From a virus: a stretch of 64,000 nucleotides of DNA. Of the stretch, positions 31,226 through 41,622 are shown piece after piece. Position numbers and translations under genes: made by a program. The notes beneath the pieces were generated by a model. That model was not told where the DNA came from. It ran no database searches and worked only from the letters and a program-made list of their open reading frames with translations. Where the stretch lies: the IMG/VR virus record IMGVR_UViG_3300036832_000786, positions 1-64,000 of that record. One strand, 5' to 3'. Within the stretch, counting starts at the first letter, position 1. Each line of letters begins with the position of its first letter.

Positions 31226-31598
31226 TGGTCACCTTCATCGCAGTGTCTATCTTGGCAAGCTCGGCCTTGGCCCACTCGATCGCCCGCTGGTGACCTTTCT
31301 CGGCTTCGTCCCAGGTTTCGTAGCGGTCCTGGTAGTTTAGCTCACTGCGCATCAGGCGCGCTCGCTTGCCGATCTTGACCATTTTATCTTGGGCACCAAA
31401 GCACATGGTTTCAAACAACTGGACCCGGCCGCGAAAGCCGTGGTCCAGACCCAGGAACACCGTGGACACCTCGATGGGTCCGACCCTGGTGAAGCCGACC
31501 ACGCGTTCCTCGCGGGCGTTCTCAAACCACCACGCCCACTCCAACAAGTCACCGCAGGGTACCGGGAGCTTACCGATCAGTCGATAGTATCGGATCAT
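31200..31598 (-). CDS. Conserved phage hypothetical protein
   Basis: VSTVFLGLDH...LFETMCFG...RYETWDEAEKGH. Confidence 0.6.
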   Translation of the reverse strand: MIRYYRLIGKLPVPCGDLLEWAWWFENAREERVVGFTRVGPIEVSTVFLGLDHGFRGRVQLFETMCFGAQDKMVKIGKRARLMRSELNYQDRYETWDEAEKGHQRAIEWAKAELAKIDTAMKVTNADIPKSD

Positions 31599-31796
31599 TG
31601 GGTGTCTCTTTCGCGGCGAACAGGATCGCGTCGTGACCGCACTCGCCAAAGGGACTGCGCATAATTTCGGTGTCCTTTGCGATTGTCCTAGTGGTACCTT
31701 CAAGATAGATCGGTACCTCGATAAATGACTTTGGGTGGTGACACAACGCGACCCACTCGGATTTTATGTGGATATGGATACAGTCTTTGCAGGCTT

Positions 31797-33290
31797 TCAT
31801 AGCTCCCTCCTAAAGCCTCCCCGGTCCTCTGACTCTTCTTCGTCATCGGCAACGATGTTACGTCCGGTGTAGGTACTGATCTTTGCCGATAGGTCGTCAC
31901 TCATATAGTAGGCTTGGTCAGGGATACAGAACTGACCCGATGCGTAGTGTTGCGCGATGACCACCGTTTGCCGGGCCTCGTCGTTGCGGACCTTCTGGGT
32001 GTAGAGCCGGGCGATCCCGCTCTTCTCCTCCGCTTCGGTCTGCGAATAGGTGATCGCGTTGTCGGCGACCGACAGCATGCCGATCGAGCCGCTGCCGTGG
32101 TGCCCCCGCACCTCGCTGGCGCTCTCTGCGGCGCGGGAGCCTTGCTGGGGTACCGCCAGGGCGTAATCGCGCTCCACGGCGCTCCCGCGAAGCTGGATGG
32201 CCAAGTCCTCTAGCTTCTCCCAGCGGTCTTGCGGGCCGGGCTTTAGCCGCATGATCTGCGGATAGTCAATCATCACCATCTCGGGCCGGAACCCATCCAA
32301 CAGTTCCATCTCGTCTAAGTCCCTTTCGAGCATCTCAAACGACAGGGAACCGGTTGGATACGCCTTGACCCGCAGGTTGTCGAGAAAATAGTCACGGTCC
32401 ATTTTCGCGCCCAGGTACCTCTCGGTGGCGTCCTTGCGCTCGATGATAAAGTCCGGCCGGAACACCGTGGCGCGCGGCTCGACCGTCTTGCCGCGTTCCT
32501 CAAAAACCGTGTGGTGATAGTCACCGTCACGTTTGACACCGGAGTACAATGTCTGGAAGTACCGTTGCGCGGTGATCTCGGCGCTATTCTCTAGTGTGTA
32601 GTGGATCGTGCGCCACCCCTTGAGTAACGCCATCTTGCCGAGGTGGTTGAGCCAGAAACTCTTGCCCCGGTTCCGCGCGGCGATAAAGAGGTGCATCTCC
32701 TTTTTGGTCGGTACACAGCCGACCCGATCGAGCGGTAGGATACCGGTGTTACAGTAGTCACCAGGGTGACGGTTGAGAAACCCTAGCGCCGCTGTCTCGG
32801 ACAAGGTGAAGCCTTTGTTGCGTGACAGAACACGGGTAGACTTTAGTGACTCGCGGAATAGGGTGTCGATCTGATCGGCGGCGTCTTCGGCGCTCTCCTG
32901 GTAGATTTGTGCCGCGCGGTGAATGGCGATCCGCTGGTTACGGCGACGGTTAAATTCGTGGACAAGGTCGGCGACGTACCGCGTGTTGAGTGTCCGTTCC
33001 AGCCGGATCATTTGTGTCAGTATACGTTGGTAGCTGTTGTGACGTTTGTCATCCTTATTCGACAAAATTGCGGTGAAAACGTCATCGACGTGTTCCCGTC
33101 CTGGTGCTGCCTTGTACTTCTTACGGTAACTCAGACACCGGGCGACGATGTCATTGAGCGGCGGGTCGAGAAGAGTGACATCGACCGCGCTCGCGACAAA
33201 CGCCGCGTTGTCATCGGTGCCAAAAGCGACACAGGTGCTGATCGACTCCTGCACCGAGAGGGTAAAGTGTTCTGTGTCAGTGTCCGACAT
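31797..33290 (-). CDS. DnaB-like replicative helicase
   Basis: Walker A ARNRGKS, HYTLEN, IDYPQIM, KVRN. Confidence 0.75.
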   Translation of the reverse strand: MSDTDTEHFTLSVQESISTCVAFGTDDNAAFVASAVDVTLLDPPLNDIVARCLSYRKKYKAAPGREHVDDVFTAILSNKDDKRHNSYQRILTQMIRLERTLNTRYVADLVHEFNRRRNQRIAIHRAAQIYQESAEDAADQIDTLFRESLKSTRVLSRNKGFTLSETAALGFLNRHPGDYCNTGILPLDRVGCVPTKKEMHLFIAARNRGKSFWLNHLGKMALLKGWRTIHYTLENSAEITAQRYFQTLYSGVKRDGDYHHTVFEERGKTVEPRATVFRPDFIIERKDATERYLGAKMDRDYFLDNLRVKAYPTGSLSFEMLERDLDEMELLDGFRPEMVMIDYPQIMRLKPGPQDRWEKLEDLAIQLRGSAVERDYALAVPQQGSRAAESASEVRGHHGSGSIGMLSVADNAITYSQTEAEEKSGIARLYTQKVRNDEARQTVVIAQHYASGQFCIPDQAYYMSDDLSAKISTYTGRNIVADDEEESEDRGGFRREL

Positions 33291-33768
33291 CGAAGGGCAC
33301 CACCAGTGAAAGTAACCGGGATTGCATGTAACCGGGGTAGGCTTCTTCAAGCGCGGTGGGTATCAGGTGAACATGGTTCATCATCGACTGGAAGCTCGGC
33401 TGCCGCAGGTAGTTGGCAAGCTCGCGGGCACAGACTTGACCCAAGGCGACACGCTGGACCGGGGTTAGCCCCGGCGCGCATTCGGCGAGTAGCTCGCGCA
33501 GGGCTTCCGATTTGGTGATAAAGGCGGCGAAAGAGCCGGTACGTTTTATGTGAAAGCTTCGGCCAACATAGATGCCACGATGCTGGCATTCATGCAAGAT
33601 GCCTTCGAGTATCCAGTCTTGCTCCTCGACGGCGTCACTGCGGATCGACTGGTTTTGCATTAGTAACGCGCAGCGTTTCCTTATGTCATCGAGTTCCTTG
33701 CGGGTGAGTGACGGTAACTCTTCGCAGATTGATTGATACGACATCCGGCTTTCCCCCGGTCGATTCAT
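33277..33768 (-). CDS. Hypothetical protein
   Basis: Overlaps the helicase start; continuous operon. Confidence 0.5.
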   Translation of the reverse strand: MNRPGESRMSYQSICEELPSLTRKELDDIRKRCALLMQNQSIRSDAVEEQDWILEGILHECQHRGIYVGRSFHIKRTGSFAAFITKSEALRELLAECAPGLTPVQRVALGQVCARELANYLRQPSFQSMMNHVHLIPTALEEAYPGYMQSRLLSLVVPFDVGH

Positions 33769-34201
33769 TGGTCCCTATTCATTTATACGGACGAGCGCAC
33801 CGCTGCCGGGCGGCTCAAAAAAATATTTTCGCTCAGCCCCAAAATAGGGGGGGCGTCGCTCGTATGATTCTAATAGGAGAGCATTTTCATAGCGGCTCCG
33901 GGTCGATAGCAAGATTCTGCCGGTGCGGATCGGTGGAAGGGTGTGCTGACCGCCGCGCAAACCAAAGGACGTAGCGGTCACTTCGGTGACGACATGCTTG
34001 ACTCTCGGTGAGTGACCGACCTTGCCGCTGGGAGTGATAGACACCGCGTGATGTGGATTGGCGGTAAACCCCGGAACTATCGCACGCCGCCGGGTACCAA
34101 GCAATTGGTCAGCTAGGGTCGGTTCGTGACTCACCCGTGCGTGTCATGGTGTCGTAATCCCCCGTCAAGGGGGATTACATGATCTTCCCGGCGGTCATGG
34201 T

Positions 34202-34236
34202 AGTAAGATTTTGAGTAAGATTTTGAGTTAGACTTG
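34202..34236. repeat. 12-bp tandem repeats (AGTAAGATTTTG x2 plus a degenerate third) at a divergence point
   Basis: Direct reading; lies between minus-strand and plus-strand gene blocks. Confidence 0.6.
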
Positions 34237-34477
34237 AGTCACAAGGGAGGGAGAGTTGGGAAGTTACATCATTCACCCACCTAGATCGTGGTTCGGTCAG
34301 GTTTCCACCAGAACTCGGAAGAGTCTCCTTCGTCAGAGGGAGAAAAAGCTGCTGGATGACGCATGGATTGCAGCTATGACCGAACGTGCCCGTGCTTCTG
34401 GACCGGAGCTGCGGAAACGGAAGGGTCACAAGTACCGCGTTCTGATCGAGGTGTGACTTTAAGAGGGAGGGATCAAA

Positions 34478-35584
34478 ATGATGACTGATACCGCTTCCGA
34501 AAATGTGTACCCCCTAGACTTCCGTCAGAAACGACGGCGTAAGGGTACTACCTTAACCGAAGACTCGATCACCGGTTCCAAGCGATGGCTGCGTGTGGTG
34601 TACTGGAAACACACGATAAGCGCGCTGCGTGTCAGGTTCCCAAAGACGACATTGCAGGTTTTAATCCTTGCAGGACCGTTACCGCAGGAAGAGATCGGTT
34701 TGCTTCGGTCACTCGATGACAATTTGTACATCGTTGTAGTGGACCGGGACAAGGAACTGGTCACGCGGGCAAAGGAAGCTGGGGCTGATGAGGCGATTTG
34801 GTGTCATGTCGGCGGTATGGTCGGACGGCGGTTCAGACTGTCCCCCCAACTTATGGGCCGAAAGTTCCACGCAATCTGGCTTGACACCAGTACACTGGCT
34901 ACACTCCAGCTTAGAAAAATGGTGCATGTGTGTTATGATAATGGTCTGCGGCTTCGCGGTATGTTGTTAGTCACCTTCCAGGTATCAAAGGACTTCGATT
35001 ACAAGGACAAGGCAACCGGTGAGTGGCACACCCAGAAAAGACTCCGTAACTCCGCCGTGCATTACGTCAACCGCTGGCTTGTTTCTACCGGATATATCGA
35101 TGAGGGCATGGCTGCGCGTATCTGGTACGTGTTCACCGCACTGAGCCGTATCCTAACTTGTTGTGTCCAATACAACGGCGGTGAGGGCGAGAAAGTACCG
35201 ATGATGGCGTGCTTGCTGACAAAGCCTCCTACTATGCCAAAGCGTGTTGTAACACCGATAAAGTTTTTTAGGTTGGAGAAGGATGATTACATGCGGGCTG
35301 CGGTGACTGGGAATCTGGTCGGTCCTGTGGAACAGCTTGAACAAGTCCGTCACAGATACGACCAGCTTATCAAGGAGGATATCGTGAAGGGGATCAATCG
35401 TAGCGCCGGGGCTTTTAAGGCTAATATCACTCGGCGTAATAAACGGATCGAGGAACTCGAAGCGGAGCTTTTAGCGGAAACCGGAGCGCGGATCGGTGAC
35501 CTCGATGCAATTGAGTTCCTTCAGCTATGCGTCAAGGAACTCAACCGACAGCTTGCGGATACAAAGGAGTTGATCAATGAGTGA
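34478..35584 (+). CDS. Putative SAM-methyltransferase-fold protein
   Basis: VLILAGP...VVVDRD...FHAIWLD; upstream of a DUF5131 gene. Confidence 0.45.
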   Translation: MMTDTASENVYPLDFRQKRRRKGTTLTEDSITGSKRWLRVVYWKHTISALRVRFPKTTLQVLILAGPLPQEEIGLLRSLDDNLYIVVVDRDKELVTRAKEAGADEAIWCHVGGMVGRRFRLSPQLMGRKFHAIWLDTSTLATLQLRKMVHVCYDNGLRLRGMLLVTFQVSKDFDYKDKATGEWHTQKRLRNSAVHYVNRWLVSTGYIDEGMAARIWYVFTALSRILTCCVQYNGGEGEKVPMMACLLTKPPTMPKRVVTPIKFFRLEKDDYMRAAVTGNLVGPVEQLEQVRHRYDQLIKEDIVKGINRSAGAFKANITRRNKRIEELEAELLAETGARIGDLDAIEFLQLCVKELNRQLADTKELINE

Positions 35585-36914
35585 CATTAATTTTGATGGT
35601 ACCAATGATCCTGATATCGAGTTGGGACTCATGCTGGAGGAACAGGAAGAGATCATCGAGAACGCCGACCGCAGTGGTTACTATGAGAAGGGTAAGGCAC
35701 TCGCTGCGATCCGTGACACTAAAGTCGAGATCGACGGTAAGACGGTGAAGGGGCTGTATCATCAAAAACACGACGCTTTCGACACTTTTGAGGAGTATTG
35801 TGACGAGCGGTGGGAGATGGCTGACAGGCATGCGCGGCGGTTGATCGAGGCGGCGTTGTTTGCGGACCAATTGGTCCGGTGTAAACTCTCGCTTCCTGCC
35901 CGTGAGGGGCATGTACGTTTGCTGTTGTCTAAACTCGATACCGATGATGATCGGATCGCAGTGTGGAAGAACGTGTTGAAAGAATGTGGCCGACCGCGCG
36001 ATGTGCGTGCATCCGATGTCGAGGCCGAGATCGAACGTTACCTAGCGTCAGTAAAGCGTGACTATGTCACCCTCGATGAATGGAACGCTTTGGATGTGGT
36101 GGGGCAGTCCGAGATTCTGAAGGTGCGTGGTACTGATGGACTCAACAAACAGACCAATGCCGACATCGAGTGGGCTGATTGGTCATGGAACCCGGTGACC
36201 GGTTGCTTGCACGGCTGCCCATATTGTTACGCGCGTGATCGTGCCTTCCGGTACTACCCAAAGGAGCTAGGCTTTATTCCGGCGTTGCGGTCTAGGCGGC
36301 TCGACGCGCCGACCAGTCGCCACCCTGATGGTCACGGTGCGGCGAAAAACATATTTGTGTGTTCGATGGCTGACCTGTTTGGCCGCTGGGTGCCGACAGA
36401 CTGGATTATCGCGGTGCTCGAAACAGTACTGGCGTGCCCGCAATGGAACTTTTTGTTCCTCACCAAGTTTCCCCTGCGTATGTCGGAATTTGTGATTCCG
36501 CCAAATGCCTGGATGGGTACCAGTGTCGATTTACAGGCGCGCGTGGCCAACGCCGAGAAGGCGATGGCTTCGGTTAAAGCTTCGGTGCGTTGGCTGTCAC
36601 TGGAACCGATGCTGGAGCCGCTGACGTTCTCGCGGCTCGATATGTTTGATTGGGTGGTTATCGGTGGTGCATCTGCCTCGCAGGCAGTTGACGGCTTCCC
36701 TGCAACACCGGAGTGGAATGTACCTGCGGATTGGCTTGCTGATGTACAGCGGCAGGCCCGCGATGCCGGTTGCGCCGTGTACCATAAAACGAACAGTGGT
36801 TACACCGGTACGACCCGGCTGCGTGAGTACCCTGGTGTTGAGCGTGCTGTGCCTCACGCGCCGAAAGTTTTCGACTATCTTCGTGCCATACCGAAAGCGG
36901 ATCGTTTGGGTTAG
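35577..36914 (+). CDS. DUF5131 (phage Gp37/Gp68, radical-SAM-like) with N-terminal helical domain
   Basis: IEWADWSWNPVTGCLHGCPYCYA, IFVCSMADLF, LTK, SLEPML, WVVIGG. Confidence 0.85.
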   Translation: MSDINFDGTNDPDIELGLMLEEQEEIIENADRSGYYEKGKALAAIRDTKVEIDGKTVKGLYHQKHDAFDTFEEYCDERWEMADRHARRLIEAALFADQLVRCKLSLPAREGHVRLLLSKLDTDDDRIAVWKNVLKECGRPRDVRASDVEAEIERYLASVKRDYVTLDEWNALDVVGQSEILKVRGTDGLNKQTNADIEWADWSWNPVTGCLHGCPYCYARDRAFRYYPKELGFIPALRSRRLDAPTSRHPDGHGAAKNIFVCSMADLFGRWVPTDWIIAVLETVLACPQWNFLFLTKFPLRMSEFVIPPNAWMGTSVDLQARVANAEKAMASVKASVRWLSLEPMLEPLTFSRLDMFDWVVIGGASASQAVDGFPATPEWNVPADWLADVQRQARDAGCAVYHKTNSGYTGTTRLREYPGVERAVPHAPKVFDYLRAIPKADRLG

Positions 36915-36925
36915 GGAGTGACACA

Positions 36926-37222
36926 ATGCCGTACCAAGTGCCACGCCCGATGTATGTGCGTTTTCCTGAACTGAAGAATATCCTGGGGTTCAGTTGGTCA
37001 CGGCAGCATCTCATTGTCTTGTGTAAGGAGGGAAAGTTCCCCAAGCCGTACCAACTGTCACCAAATCGGGTTGGTTGGGATGTCGATGAGATACTGGCAT
37101 GGAAGGCGAGTCGGGAGCGCGCTGCGGCGAAGGCTTCCGGCCCGCGCAGGCGGGGTCGGCCGCCCAAGCAAGCGCCGCCACCGGACAAGCCAAAGTTGCG
37201 GGTGATGATTGACGATGAGTGA
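36926..37222 (+). CDS. AlpA-family regulator / excisionase-like
   Basis: SRQHL...GKFPKPYQLSPNRVGWDVDEILAW. Confidence 0.8.
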   Translation: MPYQVPRPMYVRFPELKNILGFSWSRQHLIVLCKEGKFPKPYQLSPNRVGWDVDEILAWKASRERAAAKASGPRRRGRPPKQAPPPDKPKLRVMIDDE

Positions 37223-37262
37223 CTTTTCCCCTAGGATTCCGGGTTCTAGGAAAGGAATTCGT

Positions 37263-38039
37263 ATGGCCAATCAATTTCCCGATATCGTGCGGGCGTGGAA
37301 GCAGCGAGATCGGTTACAGTGGGAAATCGGTGACAAGATCAACAATGTCGCTCCGCCCGGTAAAGATGGTGTTAACGACGATGGTGTAAGCATTGAGAAA
37401 CTAAAACAGATCAAGGCCGAACTCGAAGCCAACGGTTACCCGTGCCCGATCAAAACCCTTATGGATTACCGCACTATTGCTCATGCGTTTCTGGCTTCGG
37501 ATCGATCCGAAGCCTCCTGGACAGTCTGTCGTATTGCAGGCGATCCGCAGATGCTGGCTAGAATTGTCGCCGAATCCGGCGATAAGCGGTTGACGGCATC
37601 GGGTGCACGCTCACTCAAAGATAAGTTGAATGGTAAGGTCAGAAAGCCTAGAGCCAGAAAGAAGAAGACCGACACCGAACCCGCCCCGGCAGCCGCGCCG
37701 GAAGTGAAGTCTGTCACTACGACCGTCACCGCCCCAGCCGCTGCCCCCGTCCGTGTCGTATCGTCAGGTTCATCGGCACCGGCTGCGGCGGCGAGCCGCG
37801 CCACGCGGGTGAGTGTTGTTGCTAAATCGGATAATGCGGAAGTGACTTATTATGACGCCGATTCAAGTGCGGCGAGCGAAATGGCGCAACATATGATGGA
37901 TGATCCCGACTATTACCGTGATACTGATCTTCACGGGATTAAAAATGGTGTTACCAAGTTGCGGGCGGCGCTTGACAAGCTGGAAGTGGTTGTTGATGCC
38001 TTGATCAAGGAGCGCGCCCGCAACTCGGATGCTGCCTAG
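37263..38039 (+). CDS. Hypothetical protein
   Basis: QWEIGD motif; RBS AAGGA. Confidence 0.55.
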   Translation: MANQFPDIVRAWKQRDRLQWEIGDKINNVAPPGKDGVNDDGVSIEKLKQIKAELEANGYPCPIKTLMDYRTIAHAFLASDRSEASWTVCRIAGDPQMLARIVAESGDKRLTASGARSLKDKLNGKVRKPRARKKKTDTEPAPAAAPEVKSVTTTVTAPAAAPVRVVSSGSSAPAAAASRATRVSVVAKSDNAEVTYYDADSSAASEMAQHMMDDPDYYRDTDLHGIKNGVTKLRAALDKLEVVVDALIKERARNSDAA

Positions 38040-38040
38040 T

Positions 38041-38391
38041 CTACTTCTTGTAGCCGCCGTAGGAGAACGGATCGTCGGGGTCACCGTCTTCGGGATCGGG
38101 ATCGGAATCTTCTGGCTCTTGGTTCCATTTAAGCGCCGGGTTTGCTTTGGCCCAGCGGCTGACGAACAACGCATCGGAGGGGTGGTGTAAGCCGCCTTCT
38201 GCCATGAGTTTGCTCCGGGTGATGGTTTCCCCTGGTATCATGTTTTTGATGTAAGCCTGCATCCGCCGGACAGCTTCGGCGCGAATGTTGAACAGATTCG
38301 GTTTCGCCTCGCCTATTACTATATTGAGCACTTCGGTGATAGGTTCCCTTTCGTCTACCACTATGTTGATGATGGTAGGTTCCTTCGGCAT
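38041..38391 (-). CDS. Hypothetical protein (paralogue of 38941-39333)
   Basis: PG.(T/S)..R..LMA..GL...SD..F..RWAK.N..L shared with 38941-39333. Confidence 0.6.
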   Translation of the reverse strand: MPKEPTIINIVVDEREPITEVLNIVIGEAKPNLFNIRAEAVRRMQAYIKNMIPGETITRSKLMAEGGLHHPSDALFVSRWAKANPALKWNQEPEDSDPDPEDGDPDDPFSYGGYKK

Positions 38392-38632
38392 GTCCTTTTC
38401 CTCCCTGCGGCGCGCGGTGATGGGGATTACCGCGCAAGACAGATATTTACAGCGCCCGGCTGAGCGGCGTCAACCCCACCCGATACCGCCGATACCGCCG
38501 ATCCCGATATCTCGGCTTGCGTCGTATTATTGCCGTGCATACATTGTAAGGCGTCGTAATCGTTGTTTACGACAGAACGCGGGCAATGGTGTCCGGTTCC
38601 AAAAACTTTTAAGGATGTTTGGAGTAAAGCCT

Positions 38633-38863
38633 ATGGATACCTTTAGCACAGAAGATTCGGTGTCGGTGACTATTAGGTTCTCACCTGAAATGCTCGACGG
38701 GATCGATCGGTACCGACATCAAGTACGCTATCGGCCGACACGGTCGGCGGTCATTCGCACCGCATTGGAGGAATGGCTGAAGATGCAACCGGAGCTACAG
38801 TACAAACCCCCACGTCAGCCGCAACACCAGAAAAGAGTGATGCCTGACGAGAAGGCAGCTTGA
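38633..38863 (+). CDS. Ribbon-helix-helix (CopG-like) regulator
   Basis: VTIRFSPEMLDGID...TRSAVIRTALEEWL. Confidence 0.7.
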   Translation: MDTFSTEDSVSVTIRFSPEMLDGIDRYRHQVRYRPTRSAVIRTALEEWLKMQPELQYKPPRQPQHQKRVMPDEKAA

Positions 38864-38940
38864 CGCGGTTTTGAACCGCGTGGTAATACATCGTCTTGCG
38901 CAGCGATGACTGCGCGAACGATGGTGAAAGGAGGCTTCAG

Positions 38941-39333
38941 GTGTCTGATCGCGTCCGTAACCCAGACGGCTTTCAGCCGTACCTGGATTTTATCCAGGAG
39001 TTCTGCGGTGGTACGCCACTGGCGTTTGACAAGATGAACTACTGCATCCAGCGCATGATCGAAACGGTGGTTATTCACACCGATCCGATCCCCGGCTCGC
39101 CGCCGGACGTGCGCGCGAAGGCGATCGCCGCCGCGCAGGAGTTTATCGACACGCTGGAACCCGGCATGTCGGTCAACCGCGAAATGTTGATGGCGAAGAG
39201 CGGCCTGCCAAAGGACAACCGCTCCGACAGCATCTTTATGCTGCGTTGGGCCAAGGAGAATGCCCAACTCAACTTTGATCCCGGCGGCTCGCCGCACTTT
39301 GTCAAGCAACTGACCAACGGCGCGACCCACTAA
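38941..39333 (+). CDS. Hypothetical protein (paralogue of 38041-38391)
   Basis: RBS GAAAGGAGG; shared motif. Confidence 0.6.
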   Translation: MSDRVRNPDGFQPYLDFIQEFCGGTPLAFDKMNYCIQRMIETVVIHTDPIPGSPPDVRAKAIAAAQEFIDTLEPGMSVNREMLMAKSGLPKDNRSDSIFMLRWAKENAQLNFDPGGSPHFVKQLTNGATH

Positions 39334-39388
39334 AAAACCCGTTGAGTCACACGAACGGCGGGTTACTATAACCCGCCGTTTTCTATTT

Positions 39389-40258
39389 GTGGAGTGTCCG
39401 ATGCCGACTGATAAGTTACCGCCGTTTTTGGAAGATGAGGCGCATAGCCTGCGAGTCACTTGGCGTAAGTCGATCAATTATTTTAGCACCTTCGCGACTC
39501 AGTGGTTTCAACTGAAGCGCCGGTTTGATGCCGGTGAATTTGATGACCGTCGCGGCGAACTGAAATTCGGCGGCTCGACTTTTAGTGCCTGGGTCGCGGA
39601 GATCGGTATGCCGGATGAGTTTATCGCCAAGCTGCTAAAGGTACACGAATTGGCTTTGGCGCAGGAACATCGCCAGGAGATACAACGCGAGATCGCCCGG
39701 CAGCAACGCGAGCGGCGGGAAGCGGCGATGCAGAAAAGGATCGATGCGGAGGAGAAAAAGATCAAGCGGCTTGAGGAACAACAGGCGACCGCTAAAGCGT
39801 CTGATCAAGCCAAGTTCATGGCCCAGCTTGAGACAATGCGCGAGAAGCAAAAAGAACGGCGCGCCGAGAAGGCGCGACAAATCAGTTTGCGGGGTCCGCA
39901 CCATCCCGAACTTCGGGCGCTTCTTGAAGCCAGTGCCTATCTGCGGCAGCGCGACCCGGTCGATCTGGGGTTGATCGGTCACTGCTACTGCGACATGCGG
40001 ACACTTATTGAACAGCCTGGAGTGCGCGAGGGTGAGGGGAAGGATGAAGATGGTCATCTTGTCACCTGGGGTAAGTTTATTATCCTGCATATCGACGGTA
40101 GCCCCGATTCGCGTATCCGCAATAAAAAGGTCAATGTCGAGCGGTTGGTTCGGCAGTACGAGGATAGCCTGCCGATCGGGCAGAAGCCGGTGATGCTGAC
40201 GCGTGACGAGCGGTTGGCGTTGATGCCGTCGCCGGAACGGGAACGGGAGGCGAGCTAG
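39389..40258 (+). CDS. Coiled-coil hypothetical protein
   Basis: Long E/K/R/Q-rich helix. Confidence 0.55.
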   Translation: MECPMPTDKLPPFLEDEAHSLRVTWRKSINYFSTFATQWFQLKRRFDAGEFDDRRGELKFGGSTFSAWVAEIGMPDEFIAKLLKVHELALAQEHRQEIQREIARQQRERREAAMQKRIDAEEKKIKRLEEQQATAKASDQAKFMAQLETMREKQKERRAEKARQISLRGPHHPELRALLEASAYLRQRDPVDLGLIGHCYCDMRTLIEQPGVREGEGKDEDGHLVTWGKFIILHIDGSPDSRIRNKKVNVERLVRQYEDSLPIGQKPVMLTRDERLALMPSPEREREAS

Positions 40259-40263
40259 AATCG

Positions 40264-40295
40264 AAAACCCCGCCGTGATGGCGGGGTTTCTTTTA
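40264..40295. terminator. Bidirectional intrinsic terminator
   Basis: GAAAACCCCGCC-GTGAT-GGCGGGGTTTCTTTT between convergent genes. Confidence 0.75.
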
Positions 40296-40550
40296 TTTAT
40301 CGAGGGGTACCCGATATTTGTGTTTTCTTCCCGGTTGACCGGAGCCGGGCCGGTCCTGCCACGGTTTGGCTTCGCCGCGACTCTCGGCCCAGGCGAGCAA
40401 ATCGGTGTAGCGCCACGCGACCCGCTGCGATGACAGGTTGACCGGTCGCGGGAACCGGCCTTGCTTTACGAGATTGGCAACGTGTTGCCGGGTCCAGGAG
40501 AAACCGATGACGCTGGCCAATTCTTTGAAGGGCACAAAGATGCGATCCAT
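40293..40550 (-). CDS. AlpA-family excisionase/regulator
   Basis: TRQHV...GRFPRPVNLSSQRVAWRYTDLLAW; divergent from the integrase. Confidence 0.8.
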   Translation of the reverse strand: MDRIFVPFKELASVIGFSWTRQHVANLVKQGRFPRPVNLSSQRVAWRYTDLLAWAESRGEAKPWQDRPGSGQPGRKHKYRVPLDK

Positions 40551-41318
40551 AGAACGGCTCCTTAGCGGCGGGGTGCACCGGGGTAACGCTCGCCGATATA
40601 GGTGCGAGCGTCATCGAGTGTGTCAAATAGCTGGTTGAAGTCGTCCGGCTCGTCGCTGTCGATGACCACCCAATTCATGCCGGGCAGGTTCTCGTAAGCG
40701 CGGCGGATGTCCAGCCGTATGGTGCGTGGTGAACCCGGTATGGGGTAGGTGTAGACGTAGTAACCGCCGTCGCGGCGATTATGTTTGAAGGTGACCTTGC
40801 TCATTTCTTGGGTTCCTTGAGGAAGGGGAAGGGTGGCGTGGGTTTAGTGGTGGCAACGTGCATGATGCGGGCGCAGGTTTCTTCGCCTAGTATCTCCTCC
40901 GGTGTCATATTTGGCGCGAGTGCGCGCAGCATTTCCTTCGCGATCTTGTAGGTTTCGCGGCCCCGTTTGTTTATTGGTAGGCACTCCATCGCCACGATGG
41001 ACGCGGCTATGTCCTGTATACTCACTTTTGGGGTTTTCATTATGGGGTTCCTTCGGGTTTCGGGTCGGGAGCAAACCGACCGTTTGGTAGATGGTCACGC
41101 GGTCGTCCCAATCGGCGGCGTTTAACAGGTATATCGGTGCCGGTTGCTGCTCGACGTAAATCTCGACATCGACCGGGCTAGTGGAGGTCACGGTGATACG
41201 CACGGGCACGCTTGTCATTCGTCGCACTCCTTTGTAAGATCGCGCACGGATTAAATGGTATGGCAACGCTGGCCGTCAAGCGGGGTAAACCCGAATGAAA
41301 GCGGGTGACTCGGCAAGT

Positions 41319-41606
41319 TGTTAGGTTAAGTGTTAGGTTGGCGCGGCGGTTGCCGCAAAGTTCGCATGGGTTCGCTAATTTAAATCGTTGATACGGCTCG
41401 CGGTTCCCGTTTAGATGAGGAACACGGCGATCTCCTCGACCAGGAGGGCGACAGTGTTCTGGGCGGTATCGCGGCGGTTCAGATAATTGGCAAAAGAGAC
41501 ACCAAAGCCCTTGGAAAACTGCCAAAAAGTGACTATGTGTGGGGTGAGGCGGCAGGGACCGCCTCACGTCGCCGCCAGGACGCAGTTGTTAGGCTGGTGT
41601 TAGGTT
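41319..41606. other. Putative attP: paired integrase arm sites plus IHF site
   Basis: TGTTAGG(T/C)T pairs at 41319/41331 and 41587/41598; TATCAACGATTTA (WATCAANNNNTTR match) on the minus strand at 41381-41393. Confidence 0.65.
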
Positions 41607-41622
41607 GGGAAGGAACCTTGAA

